In this document: piece by piece, positions 40,501 through 49,701 of the stretch
Layout: each line of letters starts with the position of its first letter
How positions within the stretch are numbered: the first letter of the stretch is position 1
Source: Candidatus Hydrogenedentota bacterium
GTDB lineage: Bacteria > Hydrogenedentota > Hydrogenedentia > Hydrogenedentales > SLHB01
Assembly: GCA_963674865.2 (NCBI GenBank)
Contig: CAXXYE010000003.1
Span: forward strand, 64,001 to 128,000
Length of the DNA: 64,000 nt
Reading direction: 5' to 3'
Translations under genes and position numbers: made by a program
The notes under the pieces: generated by a model
What the model was told of the DNA's origin: nothing
The model's database searches: none
Seen by the model: only the letters and a program-made list of their open reading frames with translations

Positions 40501-41052
40501 GGGCTGTCTAGAAAGGCGGGGCGCTCCATCGCCGAAGCGCAAGACCTGGTGGATGACCTGATGAAGCGTGTCCGGGAGCTTTCACTCGAACTGCGCCCTC
40601 AGATGCTAGACGACTTGGGCCTGTTGCCCGCGCTGCTGTGGCATATTGAGCGCTTCACGGCCCAGACGAATATCGCGGTTGATTTCTCTCATGCCGGCTT
40701 GAGCGGGAGGTTCGCGCCGAATATCGAGACGGCCGCCTACCGGATAGTGCAAGAGGCCCTTACCAATGTGGCCCGCCACGCGGGTGTCGGGAGTGTCTAC
40801 GTCCGCGTGGCGGTGGATGGGGAGCGCCTGGTTGTGAGTGTTGCCGATGAGGGGAAAGGATTTGACGTTGAGGCCGTTGACGCAGAGTCGCAGACGTGCG
40901 GCTTGGCGGGCATGCGGGAGCGCGCCGAAGCGCTGGCCGGCCATCTCTTGCTTCGGACGGCTCCGGAACAAGGCACTTTCTTGACAGTCGCGCTGCCCTT
41001 GAGCCAGGATGGCGCCGGCAGCCATGAGCGCAACGAGAATCATACTTGCTGA
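34507..41052 (+). CDS. Giant cytoplasmic sensor kinase: ~15 PAS domains + NarX-type (HisKA_3) kinase
   Basis: 15 PAS units each ending in D(I/V/T)T; ERRRIARELHDEIGQ, QEALTNVARHA, DEGKGF and GLAGMRER. Confidence 0.93.
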   Translation: MPAPKKPTNAARRSRPRGASPAKPPRGKPADARAREKRPARRTAGGSSPASAHEDSRRLETLLANLPGMAFRRLNEPRWPMEFVSEGCFALTGYKPKGLCGKRAPQFGDLIHPNDRQMVWDKVQKAINAGQPYQVEYRIRTRQGKEKWAWEQGKQVEVSDEGVAVLEGFITDVTERKWAEERLRRSEERFRVIAENSTEDIWQLDTEGNVTYVSPAVEGLFGYSRDEATQMAFADFIAHHARAAATEVFEAALSGVMHQLVEITGRCKDGSEFPLEVSVTPVAEHGQVVGVQGIARDITRRKEAESAELAARRMWQKTFQAMADGICVIDADGTILQCNESMAAFVGKPPEEVVGKKCWEAVHGTSEPVDECPFPRMRRTLKRESVTLQMGGRWIQVCVEPMLDENGALARAVHIITDVTERKLADDALRRSESMYKDVVESATDLVFTMDLQGDCLFANRAIAALSGYSPEELQDLNYLDLVVPWQRKRVQRHYMRQYLRRELTSHIEYAFQTKGGQIVWLSQNATLLVEGEQIKGFHLIAHDITERRRAEEELRLHSAIADQVWNSIVATDTDFKITYLNRAAEELFGYSLEEIAGQSPGLFNAEEQAQEIQNEIYETLAAGRRYEGECLNKRKDGSTFLCNFRLSPVKDAEGEVVGYIGVQRDVTAQKSTEQALRESEERYRALVDSSNDHIFMLDLEGVYITSNGRVEGFKPGKGETVVGQRIEGVHPPEAAEIYREQFQHVLATGESVTFEHAMPGPDGEHIHVDTLYPIRRDGVLWAVGGLCRDVTARRRTEKELEDRHAELEQIFAAIPASIIFADTERRVLKINRGFTRIFGYEPGEAVGKTARMLYTNDDDYERAGALHFNALLRDVYEGDEVTYRRKSGELFVGETVGTPVRDAAGNALGFIGIVQDITERKRTEQALRDSEALLREVIDTVPTCIFVKDEGGRYLLANRITAELYGTTPDRMVGRTDLDFAVDLHLTEEEAHAFSSADHEVIARQEARFVPEEPYTRSDGEIRWFQTSKVPLTYQGRRCVLGVASDITAHKLVAERLRESESRYRLVAENVSDVIWTMDLELQRTYVSPSTTQLRGFSVEEVMSQSLSDTLTPESFERIRPVIEEELALEQQGTADPNRSRTLELQVTHKNGGAVWTETTVSFFRNEQGKAMGFIGLTRDITERRQAEKTLRRYQVAVESATEMIAACDKEYRYTMANRAYLDYHGASADEVIGGSVRDVLGEAYFEDMVRPLLDKCLSGARLTVETEREFPGRGSRIISMSLSPVQTPDGEIVGVMADIRDVTERRQTEEALRKREQLLNDMGRMAEIGGWEHDLRTGEAVWTPALYEIVEIDPGTRPPGVNEHLDYYEPESRRALEEAYNRTIETGEPFDLDLQGRTAKGRSCWWRAFGEPVCDGDECVGLRGAFQDITDRKLAEEALRQSELRLREAVRGGNIGLWDWDLDKNEVWYSPEWKRQIGYEDHELSSAFDEWQSRVHPDDLEGNLQSVNAFLEAPWPDYRVEFRFRHKDGSYRWILALASLLRDEEGKPTRMLGSHVDITERKQNEEFLRQREALLRQVESLSKVGGWEYNAVSGQVTWTGETYRIHDIPVDPNIEHIRRSLSCFHPEDRPKVEQAFEKSLAEAEPYDLAVRFTSEKGRPLWVRTVGRPVLDKGKVVRVVGSFVDITAQREAEKALRASEARYRELFNNMSSGVAVYEASGNGNDFVFRDINSAGQRISRVAKEDVIGKELREIFPGVAEIGLLDAFKRVWETGEPEHLPLTLYQDERITEWVENYVCKLLSGEIVAIYDDVTERELAARKLREHAEFVETLLDTIPSPVFYKDAEGIYMGCNKAFEEFFGRSRDEIVGKGVYAISPEDVARKYAEKDDELFRHPGRQIYDWRVARKNGEIRDVVFYKGTFEDAQGAVAGIIGVVLDTTERAQAERRLREAHDRLAALSGRLVEIQEIERRRIARELHDEIGQALTGVKLMLNTIPVGLSRKAGRSIAEAQDLVDDLMKRVRELSLELRPQMLDDLGLLPALLWHIERFTAQTNIAVDFSHAGLSGRFAPNIETAAYRIVQEALTNVARHAGVGSVYVRVAVDGERLVVSVADEGKGFDVEAVDAESQTCGLAGMRERAEALAGHLLLRTAPEQGTFLTVALPLSQDGAGSHERNENHTC

Positions 41053-41683
41053 TGACCATCCGGTGGTTCGCCGGGGACTGGCCGGCCTGCTGGCCGCTGA
41101 GCCGGGCATGGAGATCGTTGCGGAGGCCGTCGACGGGCCGGGCGTTCTCGTGGCGGTTCAGCGCGAACAGCCCGACATTCTGCTGCTTGACCTCATGATG
41201 CCGGGCCTCGGAGGTCTTGAAGTGCTCAGACGGGTTCGTGGACTCTCACCGGCCACGCGCGTCATTGTCTTCTCCATGCACAGCGTGGAGGCTTACGTCC
41301 TTGAGGCCTTTCGTGGGGGGGCCATGGGCTATGTCCTCAAGGATGCCGCCGGCACCGACCTGGTGAAGGCTATTCATGAGGTGCAGGCGGGCCGTCGCTA
41401 TCTAAGCCCGCCTCTATCTGAGCGCGCCATTGCCGCCCTCATGGAGAAGGAAAGCGACACCGAAGCGGGGACGTACGACATACTCACTCCCAGGGAGCGC
41501 GAGGTGCTGCACTTGGCAGCCGAGGGGTGTTCCAGTCATGCCATTGCCGAGCGTCTCTTCATCAGCCCACGCACCGCGGAGACGCACCGAACCAACCTGA
41601 TGCGCAAGCTCGGGCTTCACAGTCAAGGCGACCTGGTTCGCTATGCCCTAGAGCGGGGGTTTTTTCCACCTTCCTCCCCGTGA
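41024..41683 (+). CDS. NarL/LuxR-family response regulator
   Basis: ADDHPVVR, LLDLMMP and GYVLK; HTH LTPREREVL...IAERLFISPRTAETHR. Confidence 0.95.
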   Translation: MSATRIILADDHPVVRRGLAGLLAAEPGMEIVAEAVDGPGVLVAVQREQPDILLLDLMMPGLGGLEVLRRVRGLSPATRVIVFSMHSVEAYVLEAFRGGAMGYVLKDAAGTDLVKAIHEVQAGRRYLSPPLSERAIAALMEKESDTEAGTYDILTPREREVLHLAAEGCSSHAIAERLFISPRTAETHRTNLMRKLGLHSQGDLVRYALERGFFPPSSP

Positions 41684-41893
41684 GCGCCACCTTCTTCGTT
41701 GCCTTCCAAGCCACCCTATCATATCCCTAAGTTGCTGGGCGATAGTTGTTTGCGTGTTCTGCCCGCGCTTGTGGGGCGGCCCCCTTCCTCGCGATTTACG
41801 TAGGTTTCCGTATGGACAAAACAAGGTTCTTGGGGGAAACTTGGTACTGAGTGAGGGGGCCAATGCCGCCTCCGAGCAAGAGGGCTCACACAA

Positions 41894-42310
41894 GTGCAAG
41901 AAACCAAAGAAGAACCGATCAGGGTATTACTTGTCGACGATAGCGCCGTTTTTCTTCGCTCCGTGACAAGTTTTCTCGAAGAGCATAAAGAAATCGCCGT
42001 CGTCGGCTCGGCCCTTGGGGGGCAGCAGGGCCTGGCCAGGGCGCAGGCGCTCCGGCCTGATGCGGTGCTGGTGGATCTGGCCATGCCCGACATAAGCGGA
42101 TTCGAGTTGATCCCGCTGCTGCGGAAGATACTGCCGGCATCCGCCATCGTCGCGGTGACGCTCTTCGACACGTCGGCCTACGAAGAGGCGGCCATGGAAG
42201 CGGGGGCGCACGCCTTCATTACGAAGACGAACCTGAGTGCCGATTTGATACCGGCAATCTACAACAGCGTCGAGGCCGTGCGAGCGGGGCCGTCGGCAGC
42301 CGATCCATGA
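41894..42310 (+). CDS. Single-domain response regulator (NarL-like REC)
   Basis: LLVDDS, LVDLAMP, VT and FITK motifs. Confidence 0.85.
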   Translation: MQETKEEPIRVLLVDDSAVFLRSVTSFLEEHKEIAVVGSALGGQQGLARAQALRPDAVLVDLAMPDISGFELIPLLRKILPASAIVAVTLFDTSAYEEAAMEAGAHAFITKTNLSADLIPAIYNSVEAVRAGPSAADP

Positions 42311-42511
42311 GGTGAACCATTCTGCCTGAGGCATCCGTGAGTGGGTGGAGGGAGAAAGTGATATTCGCGTTTCTGAGGGGTGGCGCAAGCGATATGCGGG
42401 TGTGGCAACCACGGTGAGCGTGCGGACTATGAGCAACCAACCGAGACGAGCCAGGGCGGAGGCGCGTCCATCGCCTCAAACGACGCCGCTCTTAAGCGAG
42501 GAGGGTGCAGA

Positions 42512-43564
42512 ATGACGCCGAGAAGCCGGCAGGACGACGCGGACGCGAGCGTGAAGACGCTCACGCGGCGCGTGAGAGAACTTGAGAAGGCCGTGAAGGC
42601 GGCCGCCGAACGTGAGGCGGAACTGGGCCGCAAGGCCGATGTATTGGACGGTATGAACCGTGTCTTCCGAGAACGCATCCGGTGCGAATCGAGCGAAGAA
42701 CTGGCCAAAACATGCCTTGCCGTGGCGGAGGAATTGACCGGCAGCGAGTTCGGCTATATCGGGGAGCTTAACCCCGCGGGACTTCTCGACACCATCGCCA
42801 TCAGCGATCCCGGATGGGCTGAATGCAAGATTCCAAATTCCGAAGCCCTGAAGGTGATCAACAACATGGAAATCCGAGGCGTTGATCGCTCGCTTCTCAA
42901 GGATGAGAAATCACGGATCGTCAATGACGTCCCAGCCCATCCGCAATCCGTCGGCATTCCGGAAGGCCATCCGCCGGTGCATTGCTTCCTCGGTGTCCCA
43001 CTCAAGCAGGGAGGCCGAACCATCGGCATGATCGGCCTGGCCAACAAAGAAGGCGGCTACGATGCTGCCGATCAGGAGGCTGTCGAGGCCCTCTCAGTAG
43101 CCATTGTTGAGGCACTCAACAGTAAGCGGACCGAACAGCAACTGGCCCAGCAGACCGAAGAGATTCTTGAACTCTCCACGCCCGTGATCCAGATATGGCG
43201 GGGCATGCTGGTCGCTCCCGTCATTGGCACGCTCGACAGCCAGCGCGCTCAACGGCTTATGGAAGAGTTGCTCGATCGCATCGTCGAGACCCGGGCCACC
43301 GTGGCATTAGTCGATATCACCGGCGTCACGAACGTGGACACGCAGATTGCGCAGCATCTGATCGAAACGATCAGCGCTGTTCGGCTTCTGGGATCCCAGG
43401 TAATTCTGACAGGCGTCAGCCCCGCTATTGCCCAGACACTAGCCCACCTCGGCATTGACCTCGCGGAAGTCACAACGCAGTCATCCCTGGCTTCCGGACT
43501 TCGGATAGCATTCGAACTGCTGGAACTCGAAGTTACCCATCGTGAAGAGCGTGCAGAGGGCTAA
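42512..43564 (+). CDS. rsbR: Stressosome RsbR paralogue, GAF + STAS
   Basis: GAF (PEGHPPVHCFLGVPL); ELSTPVI, IGTLDSQRA, DITGVTNVDT and TGVSPAIAQTL. Confidence 0.88.
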   Translation: MTPRSRQDDADASVKTLTRRVRELEKAVKAAAEREAELGRKADVLDGMNRVFRERIRCESSEELAKTCLAVAEELTGSEFGYIGELNPAGLLDTIAISDPGWAECKIPNSEALKVINNMEIRGVDRSLLKDEKSRIVNDVPAHPQSVGIPEGHPPVHCFLGVPLKQGGRTIGMIGLANKEGGYDAADQEAVEALSVAIVEALNSKRTEQQLAQQTEEILELSTPVIQIWRGMLVAPVIGTLDSQRAQRLMEELLDRIVETRATVALVDITGVTNVDTQIAQHLIETISAVRLLGSQVILTGVSPAIAQTLAHLGIDLAEVTTQSSLASGLRIAFELLELEVTHREERAEG

Positions 43565-43567
43565 TCC

Positions 43568-45280
43568 ATGAGTGATAACACGAACAAGAAGCGTCTCGAA
43601 GAGGAAAAGGCGGCCCTTATACGTCAGCTGAAGGAGCGAGAGGCCGCGCTTCGCGAGCGCGAAAAGGAGCTTGCTTGTTTGCACAAGCTGGCCATGCTGG
43701 CCGGCGATCCGAGCAGGGCACTCGAAGACGTATTGCAGGACGTTGTGGACCTCATACCGCCCGCCTGGCAGCATCCGGATATCACCTGCGCCAGAGTCTT
43801 GCTGGACGGACAGGGCTTCACAACGGCTGGTTTTGCGGAAACTGCCTGGCGCCTGAAGGCCGATATCCGAGTCGCGGGTTCAGGAGTGGGCGCGATCGAG
43901 GTCTACTACCGGGAGGAGCGGCCCGAGGCCGCGGAAGGCCCCTTCATCAAGGAAGAGCGTGAACTCATTGACACCATAGCCGATGAGGTGGGCCAGTTCA
44001 TCGAACGCTCGCGCGCCAACGAGACGCAGCTCCGGCTGGCGGAGATCATCGAGAGCATTCCGGATTTCGTCAGCTACGCCAGTCCTGATGGCCGGATCCT
44101 CTTCATGAACGAAGCCTATCGCAAAGGCCTAGGTATTGGGCCTGATGAAGATGTCGCACGCATGAAGATACCCGATCTCCATCCCGTCTGGGCCTGTGAG
44201 GTGATTATGAAGGAGGGCATTCCGGCGGCGGAGAAGCACGGCGCGTGGTACGGCGAGACAGCGATCCAGAGCCGGGAAGGCAAGGAGATTCCTGTCCGTC
44301 AAGTGATTGTGGGCCACAGGCCGCCGACAGGTGAAATTAGCTATTTTTCTACGGTTATGCACGATATATCGGAGGAGAAAGCGTCCGAGCAGGCATTGCG
44401 CCGAAGCGAGGCAACTTACCGCTCGCTGGTTGAGAACCTTCCACAGAAGGTCTTTCTCAAAGACCCCGAGGGCGTGTACGTCTCCGTCAACGAGAACTAT
44501 GCCCGTGACTTGGGACTCACAAGCGAGCAGATGAAGGGCAAGAATGACTACGAGTTCTACCCCAGGGAACTTGCCGACAAGTACCGCGCCGACGATCAGC
44601 GCATCATAGCCGGCGGCGTTACCGAGGAACTTGACGAAACCTATGTTCGACAGGGTGAGGAACGAGTCGTACATACGGTGAAGACGCCCATCAAGAACGA
44701 AGCGGGCGAAGTTGCCGGTGTCCTCGGCCTGTTCTGGGACATTACGGATCGCGTGCGCGCCGAAGAGGAACTTCAACGGCACCGTGAGAAGCTCGAGGAG
44801 CTCGTTCGCGAAAGGACCGCCGAGCTTGAAAGCGAGATTGAGGAAGGGAAGCGCCGGGAAGGCGTGATCAATGATCAGGCCCGCGAAATCCTCGAGTTGT
44901 CCACGCCGGTGATACCCGTCTGGGAAGGCATCGTGATTGCGCCGATCATCGGCGCCCTGGATAGCCAGCGCGCCCAAGGCCTGATGGAGGAGTTGCTCGA
45001 AAGGGTGGCGGAAAGCCAGTCCCGTGTCGTGCTCATGGATGTTACCGGCCTCGCCGCAATCGATACCCAGGTGGCGCAACATCTTATAGATACGATCGCC
45101 GCGGTGCGGCTGCTCGGGGCCCAGGTGGTCCTCACGGGGATGCGGCCCGCGATCGCCCAGGTACTGACCCACTTAGGGATCGACCTTTCCGGCGTGGTTA
45201 CAAAATCGTCTCTAACGGCGGGGCTGGCCGTCGCGATGGGATTACTCGGCTACGAGGTGCGAAGCAAGGACGCCGGGTAA
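43568..45280 (+). CDS. rsbR: Stressosome RsbR paralogue, PAS-PAS + STAS
   Basis: Two PAS units; ELSTPVIP, IGALDSQRA and DVTGLAAIDT. Confidence 0.88.
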   Translation: MSDNTNKKRLEEEKAALIRQLKEREAALREREKELACLHKLAMLAGDPSRALEDVLQDVVDLIPPAWQHPDITCARVLLDGQGFTTAGFAETAWRLKADIRVAGSGVGAIEVYYREERPEAAEGPFIKEERELIDTIADEVGQFIERSRANETQLRLAEIIESIPDFVSYASPDGRILFMNEAYRKGLGIGPDEDVARMKIPDLHPVWACEVIMKEGIPAAEKHGAWYGETAIQSREGKEIPVRQVIVGHRPPTGEISYFSTVMHDISEEKASEQALRRSEATYRSLVENLPQKVFLKDPEGVYVSVNENYARDLGLTSEQMKGKNDYEFYPRELADKYRADDQRIIAGGVTEELDETYVRQGEERVVHTVKTPIKNEAGEVAGVLGLFWDITDRVRAEEELQRHREKLEELVRERTAELESEIEEGKRREGVINDQAREILELSTPVIPVWEGIVIAPIIGALDSQRAQGLMEELLERVAESQSRVVLMDVTGLAAIDTQVAQHLIDTIAAVRLLGAQVVLTGMRPAIAQVLTHLGIDLSGVVTKSSLTAGLAVAMGLLGYEVRSKDAG

Positions 45281-45312
45281 TCTGTCCCTTTTCAAGAAGG
45301 AGCAAGGTACGG

Positions 45313-46221
45313 ATGAGCAAGAACACGGAAAAGCGCGAAGGTAAGAAGGCCGAGAAGCCTCAAAGCAAAAGGGGGGGCGGGCGTGCCACCCCGAGCCCCG
45401 CGCCACAAGCGGAGGCACGGGAGAGCGGCCCAAGTCAAGGCCCGCCGCTAAGCGCACTCTTCGACGACATCGAAGAAGTCGTCGTGTACGTGAGCGACCC
45501 GGAGACGTACGAGTTGCTTTACTTCAACGACGCCTTCGAACAAAGCTGGGGCAACGCTCTAGGCGAACAATGCTACAAAGTTCTTCAGGGAAGGGACGCC
45601 CCCTGCCCGTTCTGCAGCAATCCCCACATCTTCGGCGAGAATCTGGGGCGTACGTACTCGTGGGAGTTCCAGAACGAGATTACGAGACGCTGGTATCGCT
45701 GCCTTGACAAGGCCCTTGACTGGCCGGGTGGGCGGAAGGTCCGATTCGAGATGGCCATTGACATCACGCAGCTCAAAGAGGCCGAAGAGGTGATGCGAGC
45801 GCAGGCGGACGAGATCATCGAGCTGTCCACGCCGGTCATCCCCATTTGGCGCGGCGTCGTGGTGGCCCCGCTCATCGGCTCCTTGGACAGCCGCCGGGCC
45901 GCCTCGCTGGCGGAGGATCTTCTTACGCGTGTAGCCGAGACGCAGTCGCAGGTGGTTCTTCTCGACGTAACCGGGCTCGCGGCCATAGACACGCAGGTTG
46001 CCCAACATCTCATCGACACGATCACCGCCGTGCGTCTTCTTGGCGCGCGGATAGTTCTCACGGGCATGCGCCCGGCCATTGCCCAAACGCTTACGCACCT
46101 GGGAATTGACCTTTCAGGCGTCGCGACGCGCTCCTCCTTGGCCGGAGGGCTTCAGATCGCTTTTCAGGAAGTAGGCATGCGTATTGTGGACGAGAAAGCG
46201 GAGAAAGGAAGGAGGGCCTAG
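45313..46221 (+). CDS. rsbR: Stressosome RsbR paralogue, Cys-bearing PAS + STAS
   Basis: PAS with CYKVLQGRDAPCPFC; ELSTPVIP, IGSLDSRRA and DVTGLAAIDT. Confidence 0.88.
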   Translation: MSKNTEKREGKKAEKPQSKRGGGRATPSPAPQAEARESGPSQGPPLSALFDDIEEVVVYVSDPETYELLYFNDAFEQSWGNALGEQCYKVLQGRDAPCPFCSNPHIFGENLGRTYSWEFQNEITRRWYRCLDKALDWPGGRKVRFEMAIDITQLKEAEEVMRAQADEIIELSTPVIPIWRGVVVAPLIGSLDSRRAASLAEDLLTRVAETQSQVVLLDVTGLAAIDTQVAQHLIDTITAVRLLGARIVLTGMRPAIAQTLTHLGIDLSGVATRSSLAGGLQIAFQEVGMRIVDEKAEKGRRA

Positions 46222-46222
46222 C

Positions 46223-46582
46223 ATGGCTGCCGAAGCCTTATCGGTCATCAAAGTGCGCGATATGCTTCTTGTCACGGTTCCACCGGATCCGGATGACGAG
46301 ACAATCACGGCCCTTCAGGACAGAGTCCTCGAGGCCATGGAAAGACACGCGCCTAAGGGACTTATCCTCGATATCACGACGGTGGAATCGCTTGATTCAT
46401 TCTTTGCTCGCACTATCGCCGAGACCACCCAGATGGTCGCGCTTATGGGAGGGCTCACCGTAATCGCAGGTATGCGTCCTGCCGTGGCAATCACGACGAC
46501 CCAACTGGGCCTGACGCTGGGCAGCACCCTGGCGGCGCTGGACGTCGACATGGCCATGGACCTCTTGGCGAATCACGACTAA
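46223..46582 (+). CDS. rsbS: Stressosome STAS protein RsbS
   Basis: STAS-only protein with LDSFFA phospho-site motif and GMRPAVAIT; lies between rsbR and rsbT. Confidence 0.9.
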   Translation: MAAEALSVIKVRDMLLVTVPPDPDDETITALQDRVLEAMERHAPKGLILDITTVESLDSFFARTIAETTQMVALMGGLTVIAGMRPAVAITTTQLGLTLGSTLAALDVDMAMDLLANHD

Positions 46583-46596
46583 AGGAGTAAGGCAAA

Positions 46597-47007
46597 GTGG
46601 GCGTCCCTCAGTCGGGCGAAATGGCGATCCACTGTGAGTCGGACCTGATCCAGGCACGCAAACTCGTCCGCGAACTGACGACCGACCTGGGCTTTGGCGT
46701 CACGGATGTCACCCGGATCATTACCGCGGCATCAGAACTCGTGCGGAACATCTATCGGTTTGCGGGCGCGGGCGTCATGCAATGGCAAGTGCTGGAGCAA
46801 GACCGCCGTGTCGGAGTAGAACTGAGCTTTGTCGATCATGGACCTGGCATCGCCGACGTCGAGGTGGCCATGCAGCCGGGCTTCACCTCGGGCAACGGTA
46901 TGGGTATGGGCTTGCCCGGCATCAAACGCCTGATGGATGAGATGGAACTCAAGACCGAAGTGGGCAAAGGCACCGACGTCACGGTTCGGAAATGGCTCAG
47001 AGGTTGA
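46597..47007 (+). CDS. rsbT: Ser/Thr kinase RsbT
   Basis: TAASELVRNI, DHGPGI, GMGMGLPGIKRLMDE and GTDVTVRKW. Confidence 0.92.
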   Translation: MGVPQSGEMAIHCESDLIQARKLVRELTTDLGFGVTDVTRIITAASELVRNIYRFAGAGVMQWQVLEQDRRVGVELSFVDHGPGIADVEVAMQPGFTSGNGMGMGLPGIKRLMDEMELKTEVGKGTDVTVRKWLRG

Positions 47008-47011
47008 CACT

Positions 47012-48034
47012 GTGGCCTCGAAGATTGAAAAAGCCACCAATGTCAGAGGCGAAGGCGACGTTGTGGTCGTACGCAGGGCGGCTAAAGAGTTGGCCGGGCA
47101 ACTCGGATTTGCCGCCAAGGACGCGGAGGAAGTTGCTCTGGCCGTGAGCGAATTGGCCACCAACCTTGTCAAACACGCTGGTGGCGGCGTCCTGACCCTC
47201 AGAGAGGTGGAGGCGGAGAACAAAGTCGGCATCGAGGCCGAATGCCTCGATGCCGGGCCGGGCATCCCTGACGTCGAGCACGCATTTACCGACGGCTTCT
47301 CGACCGCGGGAAGCTTGGGCTATGGACTCGGAACCGTGCTGCGTCTCACCGATGAGGTAACCGTCGAAAGCTTGGGCGAAAGGGAGAGGGGAACGCATAT
47401 TGTCTGCCGGCGTTGGCGTCGTCGCCCGTCCAGTCGCGCCCACCGTTGCCCTTTCGTTTTCGGCGCCGCCTCGCGGGCGCATCCACGAATGCCCATCAAT
47501 GGCGACGCGTTCATCATCAAGGAGTGGGACGGCGCCGCCCTCGTGGGAGTCATTGATGGGCTGGGGCACGGCCAATTCGCTCATCGCGCATCGCAGACGG
47601 CTCGGCGTCAGGTCGAAACTCACTACGATCAGCCCCTGGAGGAGATCTTCCGCGGTGTTGCACGCGTCTGCCGGGCCACGCGCGGCGTCGTGATGGCCCT
47701 TGCGCGCTTTGACTGGGAACGGCAGCGCGTAACCTTGGCAAGCGTCGGGAACATCGAGATTCGAACCTACCGGACGGCTGAGCCACTGCGGTTTATGGTC
47801 CGGCGCGGCGTACTGGGAATCAAGACGCCGTCTCCCCACGTGTCTGAGCATCGCTGGGAGCCTAGTTACGTGCTCGCCATGCATTCTGATGGTATCTCCA
47901 CGCATTGGCAGTGGGCCGACTTCGCGCACGTGCTTTCGGAACCTCCCGCCGCTATAGCCCGGGCCCTTCTGACCGCCTTGGCCAAAGACACGGACGACGC
48001 CACGGTTGTCATCGTCAAAGGAGCAGCGGCATGA
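47012..48034 (+). CDS. RsbT-like GHKL kinase fused to RsbX-like PP2C/SpoIIE phosphatase
   Basis: SELATNLVKH, DAGPG and GYGLG; then NGD, IDGLGHG, HSDGI and DDATV. Confidence 0.88.
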   Translation: MASKIEKATNVRGEGDVVVVRRAAKELAGQLGFAAKDAEEVALAVSELATNLVKHAGGGVLTLREVEAENKVGIEAECLDAGPGIPDVEHAFTDGFSTAGSLGYGLGTVLRLTDEVTVESLGERERGTHIVCRRWRRRPSSRAHRCPFVFGAASRAHPRMPINGDAFIIKEWDGAALVGVIDGLGHGQFAHRASQTARRQVETHYDQPLEEIFRGVARVCRATRGVVMALARFDWERQRVTLASVGNIEIRTYRTAEPLRFMVRRGVLGIKTPSPHVSEHRWEPSYVLAMHSDGISTHWQWADFAHVLSEPPAAIARALLTALAKDTDDATVVIVKGAAA

Positions 48035-49701
48035 GCGCGGCGTCTCTTCGGCAGGAGCTTGAGGAAGCCCGCGCCACGATTCGTGCACTGCACGAGGAAC
48101 TCGAAGAGACTAACCGTGGCTTGGCCGCCCTTGCTTTCGAACTTGAGGAGCGAGTGGACGAGCGGACCGCCGAACTGCGCCGAAGTGAGGGCATGCTCCG
48201 AAGCGTGTTTCGCGCCGCGCCCGTCGGGATTGGAGTCGTGTCGAACAGAATCCTCGGATGGACCAACGACAAGCTCCGGGAGATGACGGGCTACTCGGCC
48301 GAAGAACTCGAGGGCAAAAGTTCACGTATCCTCTACGTTTCCGATGAGGAGTATGAGCGCGTTGGCCGAATAAAGTACGCGCAGGCTGAGGCCGGGGATG
48401 TTGCAGCGGCGGAGACGCAACTCCTGACGAAGAGTGGCGATACTGTCGATGTGCTGATGAACGCGACCGCGACGGACGTTAGGGACCCGCAGGCTTCCAT
48501 CGTGTTTGCCGTGATGGACATCACCGACCGCAAGAGCGCCGAGAAATCGCTCAGAGAAAGCGAGCGGCGTTTTCGGCGGGCGATCGAATATGCCCCTTTT
48601 CCCATCATGATCCACGCCGAGGATGGTGAGGTGATTCAGGTCAACGAGGTTTGGACGGAACTAACCGGCTATCCGGCCGCCACCTTGCGCACGACAAACG
48701 AGTGGACCGAGAAGGCTTACCGAGATCAAAAAGGCCCGGTTCGCAACCTCATCGGCAACCTCTACGGGATCGATCGACGAGTGAGGGAGGGTGAGTTTGA
48801 GATCCGAACGGCCGACGGTGACTCGAGAATATGGGACTTTGAATCGGCGCCGCTTGGCCGGCTTCCCGATGGCCGCCGGATGGTTATCAGCATCGCCAAG
48901 GACGTGACCGAGCGCAAACAGGCGGAACAGGAGGTCCAGAGGCTGAATGAGGATTTGGAGCGGCGCGTTGATGAGCGCACGGCGGAACTTACGGCCGCAA
49001 ATGCCGAACTCGAATCCTTCAGCTACTCCGTATCGCACGATTTGCGCGCTCCGCTGCGTGCTATAGGCGGATTTGCACAAATGCTTGAGGAAGAGTGCGC
49101 GGAGACGCTCGACGAGGAAGGGCGACGCCTGCTAAACGTCATTCGCTCCAGCGCAAAGGATATGGGACAGCTCATTGACGATTTGCTGGCCTTCTCGCGT
49201 TTGGGGCGAAAGGCCATGACCTTCACGGACGTCGAAATGGATAAGTTGGCCCGAGAGGTCTTCCAGCAGATCAAGGTGTTCGAGCCCGAACGAAGTGTTA
49301 AGTTCGTGGTACATGATATTCCCAGGGCACGGACTGACCGTGCAATGATCAGGGAAGTTCTCGCTAACCTCATCGGTAATGCATGCAAGTATACACGTCC
49401 CAGAGAACGGGCCATTATCGAGTTCGGCGGACGAGCCGGCGACGCGGAGAACGTATATTGGATCAAGGACAATGGCGTCGGCTTCGATATGAAATACGCC
49501 GAGAAGCTCTTCCAGGTCTTCCAGCGACTCCATAGCGCCGATGAGTTCGAAGGCACGGGCATTGGACTGGCTCTCGTCGAGCGCATTGTCAAGCGACATG
49601 ACGGCCGGCTGTGGGCCGAGGGCGTGGTGAACCAAGGAGCTACCTTCTTCTTCGCGTTGCCAAGCAGGGGGAAACATGATGAGTCAGACGAGTCCTGTTG
49701 A
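48031..49701 (+). CDS. Stressosome-associated PAS-PAS histidine kinase
   Basis: N-terminal [12 protein letters not shown] coil; [27 protein letters not shown] and FQRLH...GTGIGL; ATGA overlap with the upstream gene. Confidence 0.92.
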   Translation: MSAASLRQELEEARATIRALHEELEETNRGLAALAFELEERVDERTAELRRSEGMLRSVFRAAPVGIGVVSNRILGWTNDKLREMTGYSAEELEGKSSRILYVSDEEYERVGRIKYAQAEAGDVAAAETQLLTKSGDTVDVLMNATATDVRDPQASIVFAVMDITDRKSAEKSLRESERRFRRAIEYAPFPIMIHAEDGEVIQVNEVWTELTGYPAATLRTTNEWTEKAYRDQKGPVRNLIGNLYGIDRRVREGEFEIRTADGDSRIWDFESAPLGRLPDGRRMVISIAKDVTERKQAEQEVQRLNEDLERRVDERTAELTAANAELESFSYSVSHDLRAPLRAIGGFAQMLEEECAETLDEEGRRLLNVIRSSAKDMGQLIDDLLAFSRLGRKAMTFTDVEMDKLAREVFQQIKVFEPERSVKFVVHDIPRARTDRAMIREVLANLIGNACKYTRPRERAIIEFGGRAGDAENVYWIKDNGVGFDMKYAEKLFQVFQRLHSADEFEGTGIGLALVERIVKRHDGRLWAEGVVNQGATFFFALPSRGKHDESDESC

